From a virus (lineage: Duplodnaviria; Caudoviricetes): DNA of 54,499 nucleotides. The notes beneath the pieces were generated by a model that was given only the letters and a program-made list of their open reading frames with translations, ran no database searches and was not told the origin of the DNA. Position numbers and translations under genes: made by a program. The stretch lies in IMG/VR virus record IMGVR_UViG_3300031951_000212, positions 1-54,499 of that record; one strand, written 5' to 3'. Position 1 is the stretch's first letter. The number at the start of each line of letters is the position of its first letter. Positions 1 through 7,478 of the stretch are shown here, piece by piece.

Positions 1-1518
1 ATCCTTTGAGAGTAATCGCATTTTATCAAACTCCCAACCCTCCGCATTCTTTACAATGTAATACTTGGGTGCTGTTCCTGTGGCGAGGTCGAACTTCTCT
101 GATTCCCATGAAGTGCGATAGCCATATGCAGTAGTGTAGAGATTGATAATACCTTTTGGTCTTGTATTACCTTTACCACCAGATGCCTTGTTGCTGGTAA
201 TAGCAGGGAGTGTCGAAGTGGGAATGAATGCTGATGCGGGGAATCCTGCTTTGATGAGTGCAACCATTCCTGTATTGTCAACCAGATTCACCGAGATGTT
301 TGAATTGCCATGTGACTTGATGAAAGCAATCGTGCGTTTGATTGATCCCTTCTTGAGATCATCCACATACCAGAGAGCATTGCTGTCCAGAGAAGCATAT
401 TCTGATTCACTCCACTTGGCACGACCCCATACTCGTTTGCAATAGGATTTGAGATTGTTCTGGCAAAGGTTCTTGATCGACTTGCGAGGTTCGGTGATGT
501 CAATGTTTTTCCACATGACCTTGCCACTAATCAAAGTGGAATTGAGGAAAGACCATTGGTTGTTCAGAAGGTATAGTGCTTTCATTGCATCCAGAAGGTT
601 ATCAGAGTTCTTGATCTGATCCTCGACCTTGGCAACGAAATCCTTCTTGACTTGGGTGATCTTGTCGTTGAGTGCTTGGACTACCCAATCGTGATACATG
701 AGTGCTTCACGACTTGGAGTGACATCCAGTTCACCAATGGCAAACTTAATCACCAATCCTGCTTTGCGAATAATGTCGTAGTGTTCATTGGCGAGTTTGT
801 ATGTGTCGATTGGATATACGACTCCACCCATGACCGCATACGACTGATTCAAAGAAGTGTAAGACTTCCAGAACGATCCCTCGAAATCGCACTTGTCTGT
901 CCAATCCACACTACCACCAGAGATGGTTGGTTTGGTATCAAAGAATCGAAATGCCTTGAAGATTGAATGTGCAAACTCACCAATGTCCGTTTGTTTTACT
1001 GGAATCTGAATCTCGATACCATTTTCCTTGGGTGTTTTCTCCTGTGATACCATAGAAATGGTTGGCATACCTTGTGCATTGAAGTAAGCATTGTAGATGC
1101 GCTTGACTCCCAAGTGGCGGGAAGTAATCGTGAAATTGTCGGTGTAGCAGAAGGGACTTTTGCTACCGAGTCCAAGCATACCAACTTGGGTGTTGGTGTT
1201 GGTCTTGGTAGATGCAAAGTAAGTGGAATAGATTTCGTAGATATTCTCATGGGAGATACCTGTTCCGAAATCTTGGATAGTCAACCAAGGTTCCAGAGCA
1301 TTTGGAATATGAACATGGAACGGACGGGTTGGTTGTCCAGATGCGATATGGGAATCCATTGCATTGCATCCGAGTTCACGCACAATGGCGAGAGGTTTAT
1401 CAGAATACAAACTGGAAAGAATCTGGAATGCTTTCTGTGAAGTCCGCATTTTGAATTGCGCTTCATCAGTAATGTTTCCGATCTGCTCGATAGTAGTTTC
1501 TTTGTCTTGAATAATCAT
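1..1518 (-). CDS. rIIA: rIIA-like lysis-inhibition protein with N-terminal GHKL (HATPase) domain; 3'-partial, runs off window start
   Basis: Not in ORF track (no stop in window). Manual translation from ATG at 1518: MIIQDKETTIEQIGNITDEAQFKMRTSQKAFQILSSLYSDKPLAIVRELGCNAMDSH...LTIQDFGTGIS...YFASTKT...VGMLGLGSKSPFCYTDNFTITS. The LYSD..AIVREL..NA.DSH, DFGTG and GLGSKSPF.YTD.F motifs are typical of T4 rIIA. Confidence 0.88.
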   Translation of the reverse strand, partial: MIIQDKETTIEQIGNITDEAQFKMRTSQKAFQILSSLYSDKPLAIVRELGCNAMDSHIASGQPTRPFHVHIPNALEPWLTIQDFGTGISHENIYEIYSTYFASTKTNTNTQVGMLGLGSKSPFCYTDNFTITSRHLGVKRIYNAYFNAQGMPTISMVSQEKTPKENGIEIQIPVKQTDIGEFAHSIFKAFRFFDTKPTISGGSVDWTDKCDFEGSFWKSYTSLNQSYAVMGGVVYPIDTYKLANEHYDIIRKAGLVIKFAIGELDVTPSREALMYHDWVVQALNDKITQVKKDFVAKVEDQIKNSDNLLDAMKALYLLNNQWSFLNSTLISGKVMWKNIDITEPRKSIKNLCQNNLKSYCKRVWGRAKWSESEYASLDSNALWYVDDLKKGSIKRTIAFIKSHGNSNISVNLVDNTGMVALIKAGFPASAFIPTSTLPAITSNKASGGKGNTRPKGIINLYTTAYGYRTSWESEKFDLATGTAPKYYIVKNAEGWEFDKMRLLSKD

Positions 1519-1599
1519 AGTGGTTGTTTGGTTGTGGTTGGTTGTTCGTTAGAACGCAATCAATCTCTCATGGGTTCATCCAATGTGCAATAATTATTT

Positions 1600-1740
1600 T
1601 TGTAATACTTTGTCTTACATTTTATGAACCAGGAAATGTCTTACATCTTGTCAATACTTATTTTTGTCTTACATTTCACAACCAGGAAATGTCTTACAAA
1701 TTGTCAAGGAAATATATTGTAATACATTGTCTTACATTAA
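1600..1740. repeat. Cluster of five TGTCTTACA elements (1611, 1637, 1665, 1690, 1728) in a ~53-bp tandem duplication, with TTGACA hexamers on the minus strand
   Basis: tgtcttacattt..aaccaggaaatgtcttaca..ttgtcaa occurs twice in tandem upstream of rIIA. Confidence 0.9.
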
Positions 1741-1751
1741 ATCTATTACAA

Positions 1752-1785
1752 GAAAATTCCCAAGAGTTTTTAGGCTCTTGGGAAT
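1752..1785 (-). terminator. Intrinsic terminator
   Basis: Stem ttcccaagag/ctcttgggaa with 8-nt loop, followed by TTTTCTT on the minus strand, just after the stop of 1793..1969. Confidence 0.75.
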
Positions 1786-1792
1786 CTTTATT

Positions 1793-1969
1793 TCAATCTT
1801 CTTTTAGAATGATTGGGTCGAACACTGGTTCCTCGAAATCTTCTTCCTCGTCTCTGTGAATATCCCGATTATCCCATTTCGATTTAAAACAACTTCCCAT
1901 CCAATCATCAAAATCTTCATTGAAATGATTTCGTTTGAATAGGTCAGGACTGATTGAATAGGTTCTCAT
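1793..1969 (-). CDS. Small acidic hypothetical protein (58 aa)
   Basis: Below ORF-track cutoff. MRTYSISPDLFKRNHFNEDFDDW...IILKED*; ATGA overlap with the upstream stop; followed by a terminator. Confidence 0.65.
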   Translation of the reverse strand: MRTYSISPDLFKRNHFNEDFDDWMGSCFKSKWDNRDIHRDEEEDFEEPVFDPIILKED

Positions 1970-2214
1970 AGAATTGTAATTTTAATTTGTTTTGTTTGGA
2001 TTGTATTTCCTTCAATGATGCAGTCGGAGAGATCGTCTGTGAATACAGAACCATACAATCCGGCTATTACCATTTGGGGAATCTCTGGATCAATTTCTAC
2101 ATTTGGATCGAAGAAGTCCATTTCAATATCTTCTCCATCTTCCAGTGTAAGACAATGTATTTCATTTGCCTTTTGTAGTGTGTCGAGTGCTCGTCTGATT
2201 TGTTTTATTTTCAT
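1966..2214 (-). CDS. Hypothetical protein (82 aa)
   Basis: Tightly packed in the minus-strand operon; contains one TGTAAGACA copy at 2146-2154. Confidence 0.7.
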   Translation of the reverse strand: MKIKQIRRALDTLQKANEIHCLTLEDGEDIEMDFFDPNVEIDPEIPQMVIAGLYGSVFTDDLSDCIIEGNTIQTKQIKITIL

Positions 2215-2227
2215 TTTATTTTTGTTT

Positions 2228-2461
2228 TTAGTGGTTGCAGGGTGATCCTTCTACGATATGGAATACTTTGTGCCAGTTGGTTCCTTGGTTTCCATCGAAT
2301 GTGTCATACAATTTTTGTGCAACTGGAATGAAATCATTCCAATTTATTTCAGATTCTTCTTTCTTTAGAAGCTTAACAAAATCCTCTGGTGTCCATGCTT
2401 CAATATAGCAGGAAGGATATTTGTCTTGCAATGCTGCGAGGTCATCGTAGAAATCTGTCAT
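2228..2461 (-). CDS. Hypothetical protein (77 aa)
   Basis: Start revised to MTDFYDD at 2461 (ATGA overlap with the previous stop). Confidence 0.7.
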   Translation of the reverse strand: MTDFYDDLAALQDKYPSCYIEAWTPEDFVKLLKKEESEINWNDFIPVAQKLYDTFDGNQGTNWHKVFHIVEGSPCNH

Positions 2462-2934
2462 ACAAGTTCCTCCTCGTCTTCTTCCCAAGGTTCATATCCA
2501 AGAGAATCCAAAAGTTCTTCTGGTGCAGATTGAATGTCGTTGTAAAACTCATCATAGTCTCCATCTTGTCCTGCTGTATATCTTCCACAGAATCCCATAC
2601 CTTCTTCGATATATTCCAGAATGAATGTTTCTCCTGTGATTTCAGCAAGTTTCTTGATGATTGGAAGTGGAGGCGCCCATGCTGTATCAAATGAAAATAT
2701 AGTAAAATCATCTGTGAATGATCCATCATATCCATTCCATTTGGTTCCCCAATTCTTTACTCTCCAATTATACCAATCGCTTCCTGCTTCCAGAAGTTTC
2801 TCATCCATTGGAATGATTGATTGAAAGTCAATCTCGTAATCGTTGTCTCCTGCTTCGATCAAATATGGATTCAAAACATTTAGAATGTCTTTTTTACTTT
2901 CAATCATTAAGTGGTTTCTGCAATGATTTGGCAT
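2458..2934 (-). CDS. DUF1281/YubB-type ferredoxin-like domain protein
   Basis: MPNHC.N start and DWYNWRVKNWGTKWN, FDTAWAPP, Y.EEGMGFCG motifs. Confidence 0.8.
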   Translation of the reverse strand: MPNHCRNHLMIESKKDILNVLNPYLIEAGDNDYEIDFQSIIPMDEKLLEAGSDWYNWRVKNWGTKWNGYDGSFTDDFTIFSFDTAWAPPLPIIKKLAEITGETFILEYIEEGMGFCGRYTAGQDGDYDEFYNDIQSAPEELLDSLGYEPWEEDEEELV

Positions 2935-2989
2935 AATGTTTTATTCTAATTGGATTGTTTTACTGGTTTTCATGGTCGTATGTTTTATT

Positions 2990-3258
2990 CATAATGTAAG
3001 ACAATGTATTACAATGTATTGTAAAATTGCACAAGTTTTTCAACATCATCTTTTCGTAGCATGATTACTTCTGGTTCAAAACAATCTACTTGGTGAATGA
3101 TGGTGAAATCTTCTGTTTCACAACCATAGACAATAGCAAATTTTTTGAATGATTCTTGATAGTTTGCAACCTTGCAAACACTATCTTCCCATTGAATTGC
3201 TGTCAATAGTTCTTTTTCGTATTCTTTTTGCGTGTTCATAGTGTAAGACAATGTATTA
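2990..3258. repeat. 22-bp direct repeats (2990-3011 and 3237-3258) flanking gene 3009..3239
   Basis: cataatgtaagacaatgtatta versus catagtgtaagacaatgtatta (one mismatch). Confidence 0.9.
3009..3239 (-). CDS. Hypothetical protein (76 aa)
   Basis: Start revised to MNTQKEY at 3239; the longer track ORF overlaps the next gene. Confidence 0.7.
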   Translation of the reverse strand: MNTQKEYEKELLTAIQWEDSVCKVANYQESFKKFAIVYGCETEDFTIIHQVDCFEPEVIMLRKDDVEKLVQFYNTL

Positions 3259-3552
3259 GTAGTTGCCAAATTCCAATTCAGTTTGAAGTTCTTCCCAACG
3301 ATCTTCTTCATAGTCGAGTTGCTGACAATCTGCATCAACAATCTCAATGTTAAGTTCTGCTCCGATATTGGAACGAATTGCTGAAACCATTCCACCTTTG
3401 ACATAGATGGCGATCTTGGGAGTCTTGGTAATAGCTTCCAATCGTTCATCAATATGGTCTGCGATTTTTTCTTGTCCTGCACAACGAAGTGCATTGATTG
3501 CATTGAGCAATAGTATTTGTTCTGTATCTGGTAGTGGTTCTGTTATTTTCAT
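3256..3552 (-). CDS. Hypothetical protein (98 aa)
   Basis: Start revised to MKITEPL at 3552, 10 nt after the upstream stop; C-terminal IAIYVKGGMV..I...EIVDAD motif. Confidence 0.7.
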   Translation of the reverse strand: MKITEPLPDTEQILLLNAINALRCAGQEKIADHIDERLEAITKTPKIAIYVKGGMVSAIRSNIGAELNIEIVDADCQQLDYEEDRWEELQTELEFGNY

Positions 3553-3562
3553 TTGATTTATT

Positions 3563-4240
3563 TTAGTTGAGGTTAATGATTTCATCTGACAAGTCACCTT
3601 CTTCAAGAACATGACTCCAGTAGCGGGAATCTTGTTTTTCCTGCTTCCGATCCCAATAGATACACCGAGCAATATAGGGAGGCAAGTCTTTTTTCAAAGA
3701 ATTTTTCACCCAATGGGATTCCAAATCCATATACATTCTACCATGCTTGGTCTGGTTCAAATCGTATGCTTGAAACAAGTGGGTATCCAAGCACACAATC
3801 TCTGCTTCATCTGGATAAATCATCTCAATAGCAAAACTACTCTTTGCCATACCAAGTCCAGTAATCTCTTTTACAATACGATTGCGAAAAGAACTCCAAT
3901 TTTCATTGAGTCCACGATCAAAATTGGAAGGATTACTCCAGAACTTTGTGGTGAATTTTGAAATGAATTTTAATCTATTGTTGTGAAGTCCAACCCTGGA
4001 AGCAATTAGCTTTTCTTCCAAGATATTCCAACGATTCATCCAAGTCCACCAATCCTTGATGTTGTTATATCCAATGATATTTCGTTCCCAAGTGGTATGA
4101 ACGCTCATAAAAGCGAACAAGAACCTTTGGAATCGTTCAGAATCATTGATTGGTTTTAGTTTCTTCCAATAATCATACTGGAATTTGATCTCGTTATCTT
4201 CGATTGAATCGAAGAACTCATCTACTGGTTGTGTATTCAT
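3563..4240 (-). CDS. HhH DNA glycosylase/AP-lyase, Ogg2 (thermostable 8-oxoguanine glycosylase)-like
   Basis: FRNRIVKEITGLGMAKSSF helix-hairpin-helix followed by IVCLDTH (catalytic Asp region). Confidence 0.7.
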   Translation of the reverse strand: MNTQPVDEFFDSIEDNEIKFQYDYWKKLKPINDSERFQRFLFAFMSVHTTWERNIIGYNNIKDWWTWMNRWNILEEKLIASRVGLHNNRLKFISKFTTKFWSNPSNFDRGLNENWSSFRNRIVKEITGLGMAKSSFAIEMIYPDEAEIVCLDTHLFQAYDLNQTKHGRMYMDLESHWVKNSLKKDLPPYIARCIYWDRKQEKQDSRYWSHVLEEGDLSDEIINLN

Positions 4241-4264
4241 GGTTGGTTGTGGTTGGTTTTTATT

Positions 4265-4450
4265 TCAAATGTATTTTTTTACTACTAACGACTGCTTTCT
4301 TTCTCCATTATACATGAAGGTAATCAAATCCCTTCCGTATATGTCCTCTGATATATCGAGAAATTCTACATTGTCAACAGGAATTTTCTCCCCATCTACA
4401 ATAACACAAGAAATCTCTTCTGCTATCCAATTACAAATGTCTTCTTCCAT
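4265..4450 (-). CDS. Hypothetical protein (61 aa)
   Basis: First gene of the early operon; preceded by a promoter-like sequence. Confidence 0.7.
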   Translation of the reverse strand: MEEDICNWIAEEISCVIVDGEKIPVDNVEFLDISEDIYGRDLITFMYNGERKQSLVVKKYI

Positions 4451-4456
4451 GACCCA

Positions 4457-4484
4457 AAGCTATTCCAAGTATTCTAATACACAA
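4457..4484 (-). promoter_or_regulatory. Putative sigma70-type promoter of the early operon
   Basis: TTGTGT-N16-TAGCTT ending 6 nt before ATG 4450. Confidence 0.4.
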
Positions 4485-4493
4485 GAAAAATAT

Positions 4494-4915
4494 CAGTGTA
4501 AGACAAATTTTTATTGTTCCAGTGTAAGACAAAGTATTTTCAATGTAAGACAAAGTATTTCCTTGACAAAAAATATATTGACAAGGGGTATTTTCAATGC
4601 TACCTTGGAGGCATGGACAAACCATTTTGTAATAAAATCCAGTGTAAGACAGTGTCTTACAATATATTACAATGTATTACAATGTATTACAATTTTATTT
4701 GAATACATTGGAATGTAAGACAACGTCTTACAATGTATTACAATGTATTACAATGCCTTACAATGCCTTACAATGTATTACAATGTCTTACCAGCCCATT
4801 TTTTCCAATTTTTTGTAATATTCTTGTAATTTTTTTTGTAATTTTTTTTGTTTTAAATGAAGTCTAATAAATTTTAAATGTATTAAAATGTATTTAAATG
4901 TATTAAAATTGTATT
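4494..4915. repeat. TGTAAGACA iteron-like cluster, palindromes and 10-bp tandem array (CAATGTATTA variants), followed by an AT-rich tract
   Basis: TGTAAGACA at 4497, 4523, 4544, 4643, 4714; palindrome TGTAAGACA-G-TGTCTTACA at 4643-4661; caatgtatta/caatgcctta/caatgtctta x6 at 4731-4790; aaatgtatt x3 near 4876-4905. Confidence 0.92.
4578..4606 (+). promoter_or_regulatory. Sigma70-type promoter firing into the repeat array
   Basis: TTGACA-N17-TACCTT with extended -10 TG; ATG at 4613 lies 6 nt downstream. Confidence 0.6.
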
Positions 4916-5126
4916 CTAAGTCTATTTCTAATGTTTTTACAAATATATCAAAATATTCTTCATCCCTGAGTAATCTTTACAAATAAGTCAAAAAAAGTGT
5001 ATAAAAAGATACACCTATAATATAAGAAAATCCTGTATAGTGAAAATAGTTCTTATAATCTTTATTTCCTTAATAACACATGGGAATAAAAGATGGGAGA
5101 ATGTTTTTTTTTCTTCTTGTGTGTAT

Positions 5127-5172
5127 AAAGAAAAAGAGAACTCTGTGTATTGAATACAATAGAATTCTCTTT
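5127..5172 (-). terminator. Intrinsic terminator downstream of 5287..6081
   Basis: Minus strand AGAGAAUUCU...AGAGUUCUCU stem (one G-U pair) followed by UUUUCUUU. Confidence 0.65.
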
Positions 5173-5286
5173 ATTTATGTTATAAGGGGAAATTTGTTTT
5201 AATGTACTATTTGTCTTGGTATTTTTGTTGTGTTGTCAAATAGTGTGGTAATGCTACACCATGTTGTATTAAAACAGAGTGTTGTA

Positions 5287-6081
5287 TTAAATCGGTCTTT
5301 CTCCGATGATCTTTCCTTTTATTGCTTTTACAAATGCATCAATAGTTCCTCCGTTTGCATTCACTGTAGATTTAAATTCTCTCCAATTCCTATCTGCATT
5401 TATTGGATGACGCTTTGGATTTTCAAAGTTTGGACGAGAAGAGAATGGATCACCAGTAATAGTATTATCATTTACTCTTACTGTAATTTCTGTAATAGCT
5501 TTATTTCCCTCATCGTTTATATATTGAATCTTTACTTTCTTTGTTGCCCCAGTACCAAGTTTTCCTTCTTGTCTAATATCTGAATGTCTTCTATATTGAG
5601 GAAAAAGTTCATTGATCACCTTGAACCAAACGTCTCTTGTTGATGGATTCGGTTGTTTGGTTGAATTGTATTTAAAAAACATCTTGAAGAAGTTATATGC
5701 ATCATCACCTCCCAGCAATGCTGTTTTTTCTTCTCCAGTGGAACGATCTAAAACATTATCTTCCAATGGTAATATGTACTTGTTTGTCTTTGGTGGAACA
5801 GGATTTTGTTTTGTAGGAGTAAAGACTTCAAACAATTCTTTCTTTAATTCGGCCTTGAACTTTTCCCCTGCAAAAGAATTCTTTCCCATTTTAATAGGAA
5901 CATTCATTTTATCATTAGCAAAAGTAACTGCATCAAGAAGAAATTTTGGATCTTTGCTGGAAACAAAGTCTTGAATAATAGTTGCTGGGTTTATATCCTT
6001 TGACTGCTTTTCCACGTATCCTGCAATCTGACCTTTAACTTCTTCTGTGATGTAATGACGTACAAGTTTATCGAATTTCAT
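5287..6081 (-). CDS. Hypothetical late protein, candidate internal head protein
   Basis: 264 aa; TAAATA upstream; N-terminus MKFDKLVRHYITEE. Confidence 0.75.
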   Translation of the reverse strand: MKFDKLVRHYITEEVKGQIAGYVEKQSKDINPATIIQDFVSSKDPKFLLDAVTFANDKMNVPIKMGKNSFAGEKFKAELKKELFEVFTPTKQNPVPPKTNKYILPLEDNVLDRSTGEEKTALLGGDDAYNFFKMFFKYNSTKQPNPSTRDVWFKVINELFPQYRRHSDIRQEGKLGTGATKKVKIQYINDEGNKAITEITVRVNDNTITGDPFSSRPNFENPKRHPINADRNWREFKSTVNANGGTIDAFVKAIKGKIIGERPI

Positions 6082-6267
6082 ATGTTTATTATATTTACAA
6101 ACAGTAAAGTCTTTTATTGGAAAAAATTAATTTATTGAAAAATACTAAAATTATATTTAATATATTCTAATCTAAATGTTTAGATTGAAAATTGATTAAC
6201 CCCCTATTTTAACTTTTTTGTCTATTTTAATAACTTTTTTGGTATTTTTAAGTACTTTTTTATACTT

Positions 6268-6552
6268 TTATGAGTAAAAAATAGCACTTTTTGTACCATA
6301 ATAAATTCTTTTTAGTATCTCCGTGAACCTTGAAACGGGATTATCTTCCTTTCCGTTCCATGCAAAATAGAATGGTTCGTATGCCTTAATTGAAGGAATA
6401 ATAAAATACTTCCAGTTCTCTTTTAGAATCGAATACCTTCTCTTCCATTCGGGCATTGGGTAATTTGGATTTGTGATATGTTCAATCGGAGGCATGTACA
6501 TACATTCCTGCCTTTTCATTTCTCTTACATAATCGTTTGGATCAATTTTCAT
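6268..6552 (-). CDS. Hypothetical protein (94 aa)
   Basis: Last of a tightly overlapping operon spanning 6268-7879. Confidence 0.65.
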   Translation of the reverse strand: MKIDPNDYVREMKRQECMYMPPIEHITNPNYPMPEWKRRYSILKENWKYFIIPSIKAYEPFYFAWNGKEDNPVSRFTEILKRIYYGTKSAIFYS

Positions 6553-6763
6553 AGTTATACTTTGTTGCCTCCTCGTTGAATCCTTCCATTATAAGATAGT
6601 TTTTAATATATTCCAGATCTTTTTTACTGATCTTGTTTTTACAATCAACCTCGACCTTTTGTTCCTCCGGTGTCAAACTTTTGATCTTGATATTCATTTT
6701 GATCCCTCGAATCTCAATGTTTCTCAAGGTATAGATTTTTTTGGGTGCTGGATTCTTTTTCAT
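6542..6763 (-). CDS. Hypothetical protein (73 aa)
   Basis: ATGA overlap with the upstream gene. Confidence 0.7.
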   Translation of the reverse strand: MKKNPAPKKIYTLRNIEIRGIKMNIKIKSLTPEEQKVEVDCKNKISKKDLEYIKNYLIMEGFNEEATKYNYEN

Positions 6764-7335
6764 TTTCTTTTTGATTCTCCTTCAAATCTTTTTAATCGAC
6801 AGACACAATACTTGCTAATAGAGCATCTATCGCACGTTCTATCATTATTTAGATATATATCCGGTCTTAAACAAGAACTGGTATGTTTTTCACAGGCTTC
6901 TTTATTGTCTTTCAAGTAAATTGATAATCTTGGTTTATTGAAATCGATCTTGGGTGTGTTTCTTCTTATCTCTTCAATCTCTTCTTCAATTTCCCATTGC
7001 GTCTTAACCTTCTTAACAACTGGTTTCTTTTCCTTTGGTTCAATTAACAGTCTACAATCCTTACACCTTGTAGTGTTTAACATCTTTTCAATGTCTTTTC
7101 CTGCTTTTTCAAATGCATGTTTGAACCCCACGCCTTTTAACTTTGCCGTGTAACTTTTACATTCACAACAGAATATCTCATTGTATGGTAGCTTTTTATG
7201 TTCCTTGTAGTGTTCCAACCACAATGACATACCATCAAATTGGTTCTTTGGTATCTTTTTTGTTTTTTTATTCTTTAGGTTCTTATCTTCAACCTTAGAT
7301 TTGCGTGTTCCTTTTTTATTGATACTATTTCGCAT
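6760..7335 (-). CDS. Basic Cys-rich putative metal-binding protein
   Basis: CCEC...CKDC and C...CDRCSISKYCVC clusters; Lys-rich. Confidence 0.7.
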   Translation of the reverse strand: MRNSINKKGTRKSKVEDKNLKNKKTKKIPKNQFDGMSLWLEHYKEHKKLPYNEIFCCECKSYTAKLKGVGFKHAFEKAGKDIEKMLNTTRCKDCRLLIEPKEKKPVVKKVKTQWEIEEEIEEIRRNTPKIDFNKPRLSIYLKDNKEACEKHTSSCLRPDIYLNNDRTCDRCSISKYCVCRLKRFEGESKRK

Positions 7336-7478
7336 TCTTCTACAAATGTTTGTTTGTTATTAAGATTCTCAGTTAATTTGCTAATATATTTCTGTGTATG
7401 TTTCCTTTTATCTTCTTCCGATAAATCATCACTTTCGAAGTAAACTTTTAGGAAAAATCTGTCCGCTTTGTTTTTCAC
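7275..7478 (-). CDS. Hypothetical protein (67 aa)
   Basis: Fills the gap in the operon; GTG start; overlaps both neighbours. Confidence 0.5.
   Translation of the reverse strand: MKNKADRFFLKVYFESDDLSEEDKRKHTQKYISKLTENLNNKQTFVEECEIVSIKKEHANLRLKIRT

Noticed and set aside
858-866. TGTAAGACT near-copy of the repeat inside rIIA
   Set aside because: One mismatch and lacks the AWGTATT extension; could be chance, so it was not counted.
51-1466. Short track ORFs on both strands in 51-1466
   Set aside because: All are shadows of the uncalled rIIA-like frame (1..1518, minus).
4185-4718. 177-aa plus-strand ORF and overlapping 62-64 aa ORFs across the repeat region
   Set aside because: They overlap real minus-strand genes or consist of translated repeats, with non-ATG or unsupported starts.
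4494-4790. CRISPR array
   Set aside because: Units are 9-10 bp, mostly contiguous, with no 25-45 bp repeats separated by unique spacers, and no cas genes are present.
4790-6267. tRNA or structured ncRNA in the intergenic gaps
   Set aside because: No cloverleaf or T-loop signature seen; only a terminator hairpin and AT-rich palindromes such as aatctaaa-tg-tttagatt near 6170-6187.
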